Notes under the pieces: model-generated
The model's input: only the letters and a program-made list of their open reading frames with translations
What the model was told of the DNA's origin: nothing
Database searches by the model: none
Part shown: positions 14,133-28,312 of the stretch, one piece after another
Position numbering within the stretch: the first letter of the stretch is position 1
Layout of the letters: every line of letters starts with the position of its first letter
Origin: the human T2T-CHM13v2.0 reference genome, Homo sapiens
Direction: 5' to 3' (one strand)
NCBI RefSeq assembly: GCF_009914755.1
Contig: NC_060926.1
Length of the DNA: 64,000 bases
Translations under genes and position numbers: made by a program

Positions 14133-15023
14133 AGAAAATGCTGAGGACAGCAACTAGCATGTAGAACATGTTAAAAATAGTCCTAAAGGAATAATACTTT
14201 TTATTAAAAGTTTACGGCAGGTATTATCATCTTTCCAAAGACAAGAGTCTGCGGCTCCTGGTGACAAAGGATCTGCTGAAATTCAGAAGCCTACTAAGGA
14301 TTAAAACTGATTCTAATCCAGCGATTCTGCTCCAAATTGAGCTTCCTTTTTTTTTTTTTTATTTTTCAGAGACGTTAAATTCTGTGAATTGAGTCTTCAG
14401 ATAATTTATATCTTATCGCTTATTTCATTTATATATTATGCAGCCAGTAATTGTGATACACAGAGTTTCTGTGTAATGAGGTACCTTCATCCAGCAACCC
14501 TCCATAAACATTTTAGCAAGTGTAAGATCACATACATGCAATGCATTATAGACTTCACATCCGGGTTCTGAACCCACTTTATCAGCGACACTTAAAAACT
14601 GTTCTCGGACAAGATCCCCTCTAATGAGAGCCTAAAAGACAGTTAAAAGCCGGTATTATTATAGCTGTATCTTTTATGGTCTGGAAGAAAATGAAGACTG
14701 GCTACTGAAGGTCACTCTACAATAGTTCCAGAATAACCTCCACACATCAACAGTCTGACTCTTTTTGCTGCGGCTGCAGGCTTAACAAGCATGGATGCTC
14801 TGGTCTCATTATCAAGCATTTATTTTGACTTTCCTGTGCCGAGCACCGTGTTAGGGGCTGCAAAAACAGCCTATCCTTAAGATGCTCACAGACTAGTGAT
14901 AGATATATATAAATATTTATAGAATTATAATGTAAGACCATTTCTAGGTTATTTGAGATATGGTCCAAATACCAAATTGTTTGATAGTCATTAACATTAC
15001 ATGTGGACGTACGTAGGAGTTAA

Positions 15024-15383
<360 letters not shown>

Positions 15384-15623
15384 TTCTTTGTACTTTTTTA
15401 AGACCATGTGTTACTTTTGTAGTGTGAACATTCTTAAAGTGCAAAGTGAAAATTACAGCAAAACCACATATAAGAAAGAAGCAATATCTATGCAGAGGAG
15501 AGTAAGGGACTCCCTGAGATCTGACTAGGAACTGTGGGGGAAAAGTATATATAAAGAATGGATGTAAAACTGAAGAGGAAGTAAGTTTGACTCTGTCTAT
15601 GCACATTGAAAAGAAGAGGAAGA

Positions 15624-15929
15624 GGCTGGGCATAATGGCTTATGCCTGTAATTCCATAACTTTGGAAGGCCAAGGCAGGCAGATCACTTGCGCCCAGGAG
15701 TTCTAGACCAGCCTGGGCAACATAGTGAGCCCACATCTCTACAAAAATTACAAAAATGAGCCAGGTGTGGTGGTGCATGCCTGTAGTCCCAGCTACTCCG
15801 GAGGCTGTGGTGGGAGGATCACTTGAGCCCAGGAGGCTGAGGCTGAAGTGAGCCATAATTATGCCACTGCACTCCAGCCTGCCAGCCTGGGTAACAGGAT
15901 GAGACCTCCATTAAAAAAAAAAAAAAAAA
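15624..15929 (+). mobile_element. AluJ
   Basis: Full dimer with J-type gcccaggagtt, ctgggcaacatag, ggaggatcacttgagcccagg; poly-A tail. Confidence 0.93.
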
Positions 15930-15959
15930 TCCAAGAACCAAAAGAAGAGTTTTCAAGAG

Positions 15960-16960
15960 TATTCTGAGAGAGCTTTCCGAGAATGTGATTCTCATATATG
16001 TGATATTTGCAAGAATTTGAGTTGTTTACCAGGCAGATGATATGGGAAGATGTTTCAGGCTCATGGGAGAAGCATCTACAAAATTGCAAAGGAATGAAGC
16101 CTGGTGAAATGGACAGGGAATGGCCACGGTTTTCTCTTTAGCAATATTACAAAATACAATGCCAGACATTGTGGTAAAAAATTAGGCTTAGAAGTAGGCA
16201 GCATACTAATCTTGGTAGGCTCTATACAACTTGCTTAGGGTCCTACATCTTATATTTTAAAGGATTTTAAGCCCAGAACTATCATGGTGAGGTTTCTGTT
16301 TTAGACTGATCACAGATCACCTCCTAGGTTCTATTCAATTATTCAATAAATATTTATTAAATACTCATTAAATGGTAGGCACTGTTCTATTACTAACGAT
16401 AGATCCAAGAGCAAAACAGCTTCAAATCTATTAGTACATTGAAGCCAGCTTTCTAGCTTTGAGAGCTTATTTTTCCATTTTCAGGAATTTTTCAATCTGT
16501 TAAAATCTGGTAGCTTGAAATGGGCATGATAGGACCATTTATATCACAGAAACTGGCCTATGCTACCAATCAGGGTTTTCTTCCCCTAGAGAGCTGATTG
16601 TTAAACGTTTATCAGCACACCTCTGGAGAGATCCCAGATATTATAGAGCTATATGTGATACAAATACATAAATTACATGTATTACACTGTATGTAAAATA
16701 TATTACATATAGCTACACTTTATATAAAAGGAACTATGGAGAAAAAAATAGAACAGGATGGGGTTGATCAAAGCAAGGACTTGTGGAAGGTTAAGGAGTA
16801 ACCCTGTCTGTGCTTGACCCTGAGGTAGAAGCAAGCCTGGTGTGATGTAGAGACAGTAAGGCAGTCAAGTGTAGTTGGCAGAGTGAGAGGAGGTGCTGGT
16901 GGAGAGACGAAGGGCAAGGATGAAACCTGGAATCAGTCCTTCTTATAGGGACTTTGCCTT
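15960..16960 (-). mobile_element. L2 fragments (contain the MER63 insertion)
   Basis: attcaataaatatttattaaatactc...ggcactgttcta L2 terminus and downstream L2-like purine-rich segments. Confidence 0.6.
16428..16625. mobile_element. MER63 (hAT-Blackjack) non-autonomous DNA transposon
   Basis: tggtagcttgaaat...caatcaggg...gagagctgattgttaaacgtttatcagcacacctctg. Confidence 0.75.
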
Positions 16961-19900
16961 TTGGGAATAATTGCAGTTTCAAACAAAGCAAATGACATGT
17001 TCCATCTCCTACTGCCATTTGATGTTTCCACTCAGTATTCAAATTCTAGTTGCACAGCTTTATAAATGATTTTTACCTGAAATTTACAAAAAAATTTACA
17101 AAACCACATTATACCCTTTGCCTGGATGTAGCTTTGGTTTTGTGAAATTAACAAGTCTGTCCCTAAACATGCTTGACTTTCTTGATTTGTTTACACACAA
17201 CTGATTTTCATTACCCTGGAATGCTGCAAGTGAAACACAGTCAGTGAAGAAGGCCGTCAACACAGCTTACGGGGCAAATACCACTCGCATCCTCCAATAT
17301 TACCAGGGGGATCTGCAGCTTCAGGCTGAACAGAGCCACTGCTTTATACACAATTGTCTACAACCATGCTGAATGAAACCTTCCCTGACTAAATGGAAGA
17401 GGAAGCCACTTACATCCCCTTTTAATATTTCACAATATAAAACCTATTAATACTAAACCATGAAGACAGCATAAAGTCTATTATAGGCCTTCCTCTTATA
17501 CCTACTCTTAGCAAATTGCAATGGTATAAGCCTTTTATACCATTTATGCACCTTGGCCTTTTAAGTGGTAAATTTTGATAAATCCAAGGCTGTATTTAAC
17601 TTTTGAGAACTACATTAAGATTGTCATTAGCAAAACACTATTTAATAAATATTGCAATGCTAATTGTGCTAACAATTATTTTAAGCCTGTTAAGTAGATG
17701 ACTTTTTTTATCATGCTTGCAAAAGAATGATCTGAAATGATGTTAGAAATTATAGTGAAAACAACAGTCTAAAGTGGGGAGGTTTACTGTAAGCTGGTAC
17801 ACAGTCAACACACAGAAATAAAGAAGATAAAGAACATGTAACAGTACAAACAGCCAGAGTCTGCATGACGTTTTGAAGTGTGAGTGAGCACCTTGGTTCT
17901 ATCTCTCCCTTTCCAGCCACCATCCCATAATAGTGACAAGAATAAATGAACTATACAAGAATAAATGAAACAAAATTTTCCAATGTTTTGCATAGGCCAC
18001 AGTGATAAAATGATGATATATCACAAAGACTTCACTATGTAGCCACCACATTCAGTAGTAAAATTATGAAAATATCTTAAACCATCATTCAGTTATGTAA
18101 ATAATTTTGATAACTCTAAGAGTTTATATTTTTTCTATCTTATTTCTAAGAATCTGTGAGTGAGCTGAATAAACTAGAGTCATTTTGTTTCAGTCAATAG
18201 TGTATTATTAACAACGTGAATTTTCATTATTTATCATCTAGTTCATGGTCCCTCTAGTCTGAATACAAGCTCAGTGACTAAAATGTAGGTGTAGTATATT
18301 TTCAAGATACAAATAATATGTTGGTGTTCCTTGTGTATTCTGAACAATTTAATAAATAGATCAAACAGCTAACAAATGTGATTTGGGGACTTCTTGAGGT
18401 GCAGATTATTGATAGCACACAACATCAATAGAATGAATATATGCCACTTTCTCCTCACTCCTTTTCAATTCTTTAATAGGTGTAGCAGCGATCAATACAA
18501 CAAGACTCAGCACTCCTCCATCAAATTTGTATTTGGTAAAAACATTGAAAAAAATACCTCTTACTTCTCTAATACAGAAAAACGTATAATACCGAAAGAT
18601 ACCCATTGCAGTCATTCTGCACATGCAGTATGCTTTACATTCGTAAGTCTATTTGAAGACCATTATTTAAAAATATAATAGCATTAATTCTACTTCTCTG
18701 CATTGATATAATAGGATTATGTCTATTTAAGACACTTCTAAATTTCTGTGCAAATAATAAAGCAGAGTTTAAAAATGAATTGTTTAATGTATCTGTGTAA
18801 AGTACCTCTTTAAAATAATTTCATGGATTCAAGCAGTGACTCAACTGGTTAATTAATATGGTGAAAAAAATTTGAAAACTGTGACAAAACATCTTATCAT
18901 ATGAGAGAGATTTTATTTTTCTAAAGAACTTCCAAATTGTTAAATCTCACTGAAAACTGGAAGCAATTTTGATAACATTTCCTATTTTAAAAAAAACCTC
19001 GCCACTTTTAACCTATGCGTCTCAAATAGAATTCTTTATACATCAGTGTTTCTTTCCTTTCCAGTAGATTTTTCAGGTGGCAAAAGATAGAGTATTTCCA
19101 AAATGAACCCAGACTTTAAATTTAATTTTAAAACTCTGCCATTATTTAGTCATACTTTCTGTATTTAAACAGTTATGGCTTTGTAATAGTTAAAATTTAT
19201 CCTTTTAATATCACTAATTATTTTCCCTCTGCAGTTTTGATGTGTTAGTTATAGCCTGGAATAAAAAAACACTGTGGTAAGGACAACTGTACAGCAAGGT
19301 TAAGTGCCTTCTTGTCTTCAGTACCAATAATTACCTTTAAACAAAAAAAGGCTGTTTTCAGATTTGACAGTTAATTTACTAATGAGTATGTGGACCCAAT
19401 TTATAATAAAGTAATATTGACCAGAAATAATCCTGCATTGGTACTCATCTGAATTATTTTATTGTTCATGTCCTCTATTAAATAAATTGGAAAGGATTAA
19501 TTTTGCAAGATGGGATTGTCAGAGACGGCTGCATAAACTAGATGCATGTCAGCACTAAATTTAATTATTGATCACAATACAATAGTGCTGAGTGTTCCAA
19601 TCCCCAAACAGCTTCCAGTAACTATCAGCAGATTCCAAATATAGAGACTGAAGTAAAAATTTGATTGCAGATGACTACATTTTTAATAAATAAATATTTC
19701 ATCAGCACTAAATAAAAATTTAATTTTACAGTATTATTTAGATCATTCATTGAACTATGGAGCAAATGAACAATGAATGAGTCTAACTCCCTTTAAGATA
19801 CAAATTTTATTTTAACGGTTTAATGGTCTCAGAATTCAGGGAATTATTTTTATTTCTTTATTCTGGTAAGGGAATAAAATTTGTAAATAGAAGAACATTT

Positions 19901-21039
19901 AAAGCATGCACTTATGTTGTTGAAAACATAAAGTAGCATCTGACTGGCTTGTATTCATATGTAGAATTCTGGGCCACAGTCTCCTGCTGTACACTGTATA
20001 TTAGTATAGTACAGAAATCAGTTTGGGGTATAACTTGAACTCTAACAATTTGGAACTAGTTAAAAATTGAGAAACATAATATGTTAATTAGCTATATAAC
20101 ATGAAATAAGTAAGGTTTTTAATTGAAATTAAGTCTCTGTAGGTGAACTGGGTGGAATGTTGAGCAGACTTTACTTATCATGATACACATTACCTTAACT
20201 GATAAATCATTTTAATATAATAAAAATCTTCCTTAAGTTTAGCCATCAAAGAGATTCACGGTTACTCTTTGTAGGATTATGGTTAAAGAATCAATGAGTG
20301 TGTATCTAGATATAAGACATCTGTAAGAACTAAATTAGATGATGAGTTCTGCTACCAAAAAAACAGATGTAATCTTAATTTCAGTGTTGCTAGCTATTAA
20401 AAACAGATAGTGAATACAAAGTTCTGTTATAAAACTATGAAATGTTATTTCAAATTAGAAAATAGAGAAAGATATTAGCATTATATTACAGCTTGTACGA
20501 CGTTGAGTATTCATTCTATGGCTAGTGTTCGATTGAAGACAAAAATATTTAGTACTATGCGAAATACATCATGAGAGTATAAGTCACTTTATTTTCAACC
20601 AGCAAAAAAAGCAACAATATTGCCGAACTAAATAAATCTCAAAAAAAGATGCTCATAGTTTTTATCAAGAATTTATAGAGTGAAATTTATACAAATGTTG
20701 ATTAGATCATTTTGACTCATTCAACCCACTTAAAATTTGATAGAAAACTTTGGAAATTAATATACTGCTTTAATTTTGATAAGCATTGGTAAGAGAGAAA
20801 GTTATCAGTATTCTAATAAATTTTTAACATGTATCTCGACAATTTTTCTATTTCCTCTGACCTTTTGAACAATAGTTCTGCACATAATTCTTTATTCTAA
20901 ATTTATCAGTTTGGTTTGAAATAGAATTTATTCTTTTCTGTCTTGAATTTGAATCCAGTAATTCATTTTTGTATTACTGTAGTAAATTACTAAATTAAAA
21001 ATAAAAGGCTTAGATCCATCTCAGAACTTATACATTTAT

Positions 21040-21180
21040 GTGGCAGCATAGTATATTAAAATGAGTCCAAGCTTCAGGGCCAAGCAAATGGGGTTCAAAA
21101 CCCAAATCAGCCATTTAGAGCACTATAATCTCAGCAATTTACTTAACTCCTGAGTCTCAATTTATTTCTCTGTGAATTTT
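21040..21180 (+). mobile_element. MIR fragment
   Basis: ggcagcatagtat...ggggttcaaaaccc...ttacttaactcctgagtctcaattt. Confidence 0.6.
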
Positions 21181-21514
21181 TTAAATCATTTTTAATTATA
21201 GTTTAAATTTAGATACAAAATTAATTAAAACTTAAAAGTTAATTTTAAGAAGATTCAGTCAATGGCTAACCTCATCCATATTTCACTTGTCTTCACTCTC
21301 AGAACAGTAAACGATATGTCAAACATTATATATGATAGTATACATCATACATATGTATATGCTACCATATCACTGAGTGGTTTGAAGGTACCATAGCACT
21401 TTTAGATTAGTAAGTACATTAAGTAATATTAAATTCATTAAGTACGATAAGAAGTCCTGTTTTAGAACTTCACAAAGAAGAGAAGACATTGTTATATATG
21501 TATAAGATAGGAAA

Positions 21515-22030
<516 letters not shown>

Positions 22031-22063
22031 CATCGCTTCCTTGTTCATATCGAAGGCAATGGG

Positions 22064-22312
22064 CAGAGGTCTGCAAATCAGACCTGCAAGCCAAAGAGGA
22101 TTCACAGCCTGTTTTCTTACAGTCCATGAGCTAAGAATGATTTTTACATTTTTAAATGGTTGAGAAAAAAATCACAAGGAGAGTAATATTTTGTGGCATC
22201 TGATAATTGTATAAAATTCAAATTTCTAACATTCATAAACTTAGTTCTATTGGAACATAGCCATCCCCATTTATGTATGTATCATCTGTGACTGCTTCCA
22301 TGCTAGAGTGGC
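22064..22312. mobile_element. MER58B (hAT-Charlie)
   Basis: gagctaagaatgatttttacatttttaaatggttg...ttggaacatagcca matches MER58B as recalled. Confidence 0.8.
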
Positions 22313-24349
22313 GCTTAAATACTTCTGAGGGTAAGATAAACTGTTACCTCCTTTCCAGAGATACTTGGTAATTAGAATCAAAGTATTTAGAGACATTCCT
22401 ACCTTTTAACATAACATTCCAAACTGGCTAATCGCTTAAGAAACGACTTAGTGATATCTAAATATGTTCATTTAGATTTAGACTTACTAATGACACTATC
22501 AATCACAGTTTTATTTATAATAGTAAACATGAGGGCAAATGCCAAATAATATGGATATGGCTAAATTAATCATGTATCATCTATAAAGTAGAATTAGTAC
22601 ATAGCCAATTATAAAATAATCTAACAGATACTTAGTATTATGCAAAATGCTTACAGCAATATTGAGTTTAAAAGAAGGCAAGATATTAATTTCATCATAA
22701 GATTACACCTATTTTATTGGCATATGTATATATATATAGAGAGAGACATAAAACATATCAACCCAAACTTTCTACACACCCACACATTATGCTGACTAGA
22801 TGCCAAAGGCTGATAATCTAGTTCTTTAATAGATTTAATTTATTCCTAATCAATATGGTTTATAAAATAACAATTAATTTTAACTGCTCAAATCTTTTAA
22901 GTCTGTGTCTAGCACTGCCAGACCTAGCAATAAGAAAGGCAGGACATGTAAATTTTAAATTGACATGTATGTCTCCTGAATAAAATCAGGATTCCATTAA
23001 TAGGGACTAATTGGAGAAGGTATATGTTTAGGGGCAAGCAAGCTCAGCTGATTGACCCACTTGGACACTTACGTGTGCTGAGAAGTTATTTTATTATTAA
23101 AACAAAAATTAACCAAAACAAAACAGAAAAACCCAGTAGAGTTCTTTCCTTGTTTTCCTGTTTCATTGGAAAGTTTTGGTTTGGTTTGACTAAAGTAAAA
23201 AGGAAAGAGTAAGTATAAGTAAAGCTATCATTTGATGAGATTGCCTAACATTTCAGCATTTGATGAATGCCCAGTTATTTAATATGTTTAATCAGTTCCC
23301 AACCAATTCACTTTTCAATATAGTGATTGATTTTGATTTAAATTACTTGACTTTTCTATATTTGTTTCACCTATTTTATGACCTTATTTTCCTTAGAATA
23401 TGTTGAAGATTCTTTCAGACATAAAATAATACTCATGAGCTGCAATAAAATTCTTCTACAAATTTATTTTACATTTGTTATTACTGAAAAAAATGATATT
23501 CAAGTTTATGTTACCTTTAATGTGCATGTAAGTCAGACTCTGAAAATCTTCATAGTGAAGAGATTTTAATATATTGAGTCACCCCTATAATAAATATGAT
23601 GTATTAGAACTGGTATTACAATACTATGTATTATTGCATTGATTTTATTTAGTTCCATTTATATAACGTTCACCATTTGTCAACATAAAAATGAATGTCG
23701 GTTTCAACTTTCCTTTTAATTTCTTCTGCTTCCAAAATGTCTGCACTCTCCACTATCCCTCATCTTTCCAGTGTGATCAACATATCTGTACCCATTATGC
23801 TATTTATATTCACTTACATTATCTCTATTTAATATATTTCAATGCCACTTCACTAAGTTTTATGTAAACATACTATTAACATAAAAGAAAGAAGAGTTAA
23901 GTTTCTTTTATTTGGCTCAATCATGCCAAGGAGCTGGATAAAATTCCAATATGCATCAAGCGTAATTTCCTGAATATGTCTTTATGCTAAAACTTCTAGT
24001 ATTTTAAATAATAAAATCCATAAAGTAATTCCAGTCTTAACTGGCAATCAGACTTCAGATAACCACAATCAGCTTCAACAGAACCACAAGTCCCAAATAA
24101 GACAATAAAAGGCTCCTGAGCATCAGAGAACATAGTTGTCACAAAGATCTTGTACTATAGTTTAGACATGGAATTATCCTCAGGACAGAACAAATTGATT
24201 TAGTGTAGGTGTTTGACTAAAGTAAACAGTAAAGGGTAAATAGTGCAAATCCAAAAGAGTCTGTGGGTAGATTATAGAAAAAGATTTTTCAGCAAGAAGC
24301 CCCTAGAATAGAGGGAGATCAAAGGCCATTATTTGCCACCCATTTGTCT

Positions 24350-27300
24350 CACAGGTTTGTATTGTACATTATGCTAGTACTATTCCAGGTGCTGAGAATG
24401 CAACAGTAAAGAAAACAAATGAAGCTCTTTGTCTCAAGGGTCTTACATTGTACTTGGAAGAGGGATGTATATGGATGGATGAATCCAAAATAAACAAAGT
24501 TACATGTATATCAGAAGCTGACAGTGATAAATAAAAAATAATCTGGTGCTCTTTAAAAAGGATGATCAGGGAGGCATAATCTTATAAGGTGAGATTTGAG
24601 CTTAAGGTAGTGAGGAAGCAAGATATGAGTCTATAAGGAAACAGATGATGGGGTAGAAGAGAGAGCAGCAAACACAAAAGCTGTACTTGGTATCTCTGAG
24701 GAAAAGCAAGAGGCCAGTGTGGTTGCATCCAGTTGGGAGATAGACACTTGGTAGTTAATGAGATTACAGATGAATCAAATGTCCAGATTACACAGCACTT
24801 TATGGGACATGACAAGGGTTTTTTATTTTTTTTCCACCTTAGCAGAAAACCAATGAAGAGTGAAAAAAGAAGTGCATATAAATTATCTGAAGTTTTTTTT
24901 TTTTAAGATCACTCTGGCATCTGGGAGCAAATTGGACTTTTGAAGGTAATGGTAGAAACTTAGATATGTTCTATGAGGCTATTGCTGTGGTCTAAGTAAG
25001 AGGTACAGCAGTTTGGACCAGGATGGCAAGGGCGGGAGCAGCAGGTATCTGGTAAGATGCTGTGTTAGTCTGTTTTCATGCTGCTGATAAAGACATATCC
25101 AAGACTGGGCAATTTACAAAAGAAAGAGGTTTAATGGACTCACAGTTCCACATGGCTGGGGAAGCCTCACAATCATGACAGAAGGCAAGGGGGGAACAAG
25201 TCACGTCTTACGTGGATGGTGGCAGGCAAAAATAGAGCTTCCCCTTTTTAAAACCATCAGATCTCATGAGACTTCTTCACTGTCACCAGAACAGCACCCA
25301 AAAGACCTTCCCCATGATTCAATTACTTCTTACTGGGTCCCTCCCACAAACAGTGGGAATTCAAGATGAGATTTGCGTGAGGACACAGCCAAATCATATC
25401 ATTTCACCCAAGCCCCTCCCAAATCTCATGTCCTCACATTTCAAAACTAATCATGCATTCGCAACAGTCCCCCAAAGTCTTAACTCATTTCAACATTAAC
25501 TCAGAAGTCCACAATCCAAAGTCTTATTTGAGACAAGGTAAGTCCCTTCCACCTATAAATCTGTAAAATCAAAGGCAAGTTAGTTACTTCCTAGATACAA
25601 TGTGGTATAGGCCTTGGGTAAATACAGTTGTTCCAAATGGGAGAAATTGGCCAAAACAAAGGGGATACAGGCTCCATGCAAGTCCAAAATCCAGCAGGGC
25701 AGTCAAATATTAAAGTTCCAAAATGATCTCCTTTGACTCCATGTCTTGCATCTGGGTCACACTGATGCAGGAGGTGGGTTTCCATGGTCTTGGGCAGCTC
25801 TGCCTCTCTGGCTCTGCAGGTTACAGCCTCCCTCCTGGCTGCTTTCACAGGCTGGTGTTGAGTGTCTGTGGATTTTCCAGGCTCATGGTGCAAGCTGTCA
25901 GTAGATCTACCATTCTGGGTCTGGAGGATGGTGGCCCTCTTCTCACAGCTCCACTAGGTGGTGCCCAAGTAGGGACTCTGTGTGGGGGCTCTGACCCCAC
26001 ATTCCCCTTCTGCACTGCCCTAGCAGTTTCTCCATAAGGGCCCCACCACTGTAGCAAACTTCTGCCTGAACGTCTGGGCATTTCCATACACCCTCTGAAA
26101 TCTAGGCGGAGTTTCCCAAACCTCAATTTTTGACTTCTGTGCACCCACAGGCCCAACACCACATGGAAGCTGCCAAGGTTTGGGGCTTACATCCTCTGAA
26201 GCCATGGGCCGAGCTTTACCTTGGCCCCTTTTATTAATAGTTGGAATGGCTGATATGCAGGGCACCAAGTCCAGTAGAATGCACACAGCATGAGGACCCT
26301 GGGCCTGGCCCACTAAACCATTTTTTCTTCCTCGGCTTCCAGGTCTGTGATGGGAGGGGCTGCCATGAAGACCTCTGACGTGCCCTGGAGACATTTTCCC
26401 CATTGTCTGGGGTATTAACATTCTGCTCCTTGTTATTTATGCAAATTTCTGGAGCTGGCTTGAATTTCTCCTCGGAAAATGGGTTTTTCTTTTCTACTGC
26501 ATCATCAGGCTGCAAATTTTTCTAAGTTTTGTGCTCTGTTTCCTTTTTAAAACAGAATGCTATTAACAGCACCCAAGTAACCTCTTGAATGCTTTGTTGG
26601 TTAGAAATTTCTTCTGCCAGATACTCTAAATCATCTCTCTTAAGTTCAAAGTTTCACTATTCTCTAGGGCAGGGGCAAAATGCCACCAGTCTCTTTGCTA
26701 AAACTTAGCAAGAGTTACTTTTGCTCCAGTTCCCAACAGGTTCCTCATTTCATCTGAGAACACCTCAGCCTGGACCTTACTGTTCATGTCACTATCAGCA
26801 TTTTTGTCAAAGCCATTCACAAGTCTTTAGGAGGTTTCAAACTTTCCCACATTTTCCTGTCTTCTTCTGAGCCATCCAAACTGTTCCATCATCTGCCTGT
26901 GACTCAGTTCCAAAGTCACTTCCACATTTTGGGGTATCTTTTCAACAGTGCCTTATTCTACTGGTACCAATTTACTGTATTAGTCTGTTTTCATGCTGCT
27001 GATAAAGACCCACTCAAGGCTGGGTAATTTACAAAAGAAAGAGGTTTAATGGACTGACAGTTCCATGTGACTGCAGAAGCCTCATAATCATGGTGGAAGG
27101 CAAAGAGGAGCAAGTCACATTTGACATGGATGGCAGCAGGCAAAGGGAGAGCTTGTCCTTTTTAAAACCTTCAGATCTCATGCGACTTATTCACTATCAT
27201 GAGAAGAGCATAGGAAAGACTTGCCCCCACGATTCAATTACCTCCTACCAGGTCCCTTCCACAACATGTGGGAATTCAAGATGAGGTTTGGGTGGGGACA

Positions 27301-27950
27301 CAGCCAAACCATATCAGATGCTGCATATATTTCTAAGGTAACACTCGTAAGATTTGCTGAAGAATTGGTTGTGAAATTTAAGAGAAAGAGAGTGATAAGC
27401 ACTTTTCCCAACATTTTAGCCCACAGCAATAGAAGAATGGAGTTGCTATATCCTGAGATGAGAAAAACAGAGGACCTTTTACGAGAGAAAATCAGGCATT
27501 TGTTTCAAAACCTATTAAATTTAGAGGTCCATTTTTGACATCCAAGCAAAGACAATAAATATGCCATTGATGTTCAATATTAGAAGCACAGTTTGAGATA
27601 CAAATTTGGTAGTTAATTATCAGCATAGAAATAATATTTAAATTTATGGGTGCATAAAGTCATCCAAGGAATCAATATAAACAGAAAGGAGGTCCAATGT
27701 AAGAATGTTGAGATATTACAACATTTCCAAATTTTGCAGAGGTTGTAGAACCAACAAAGGGGAGTTAGTGGGAGCAGTCCATCTGGTAGGAAGAAAATCG
27801 AAACAGGATGAGGTCCTGAAAACCAAGAGAAGAAGCTTGCTTGCAAGAGAAAAGAGTGGTCAACTTTGCCACATCCTGTAGATGAGTCAAGTAAGACAAA
27901 GACTGAGACTGGAAAGTTGGATCTAGCAGCATCTAGATTATTGGCAGCCC
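24350..27950 (-). mobile_element. L2 element split by THE1B (L2 at ~24350-25060 and ~27322-27950)
   Basis: tattccaggtgctgagaatgcaacagt...; ttttaagatcactctggc; homology continues after the THE1B TSD. Confidence 0.75.
25061..27316 (-). mobile_element. Full-length THE1B provirus: LTRs 25061-25401 and 26976-27316 with THE1-int
   Basis: Two direct LTRs with TG...CA ends; perfect 5-bp TSD GATGC at 25056-25060 and 27317-27321. Confidence 0.96.
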
Positions 27951-28250
27951 CAAAACTAGCAGTTGAAGAGATAGAAAATTGCTTATAGATCATGCGGCTT
28001 GCAGATTTCAGGCATGCCAAAGTAAGTGGAAGGAAGGTTACGCTAGGGCAGATGGGGAAAATGGTCATTTAGTTAAAGAGAACTGAAAGATCATTGTTGA
28101 GTACGCTGTCTTGTATCTCAAAAATTGACCTTGGAAAATTATTTAGGAGTTTATCCTAAGGAAAATATCTCAGATATAAATTTGAGAGGAATAGAAAGTA
28201 CTGTGGAGTTAGGATAAATATTCTGAATTCCAAAGCAGGGACAGTTTTAC

Positions 28251-28312
28251 ATATACACACAAGCACACACGCACACACACACACACTCACACATACACAC
28301 ACACACACACAG
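28251..28312 (+). repeat. Imperfect (CA)n
   Basis: Directly visible. Confidence 0.9.

Noticed and set aside
20250-20530. Possible CR1/L3 fragment
   Set aside because: Similarity too short and degenerate to support a call.
25591-26515. Several 90-130 aa ORFs, with similar ones at 53116-54026
   Set aside because: Incidental frames in non-coding THE1-int sequence; not genes.
27613-28068. 151-aa minus-strand ORF
   Set aside because: Lies largely in decayed L2; no recognisable host protein.
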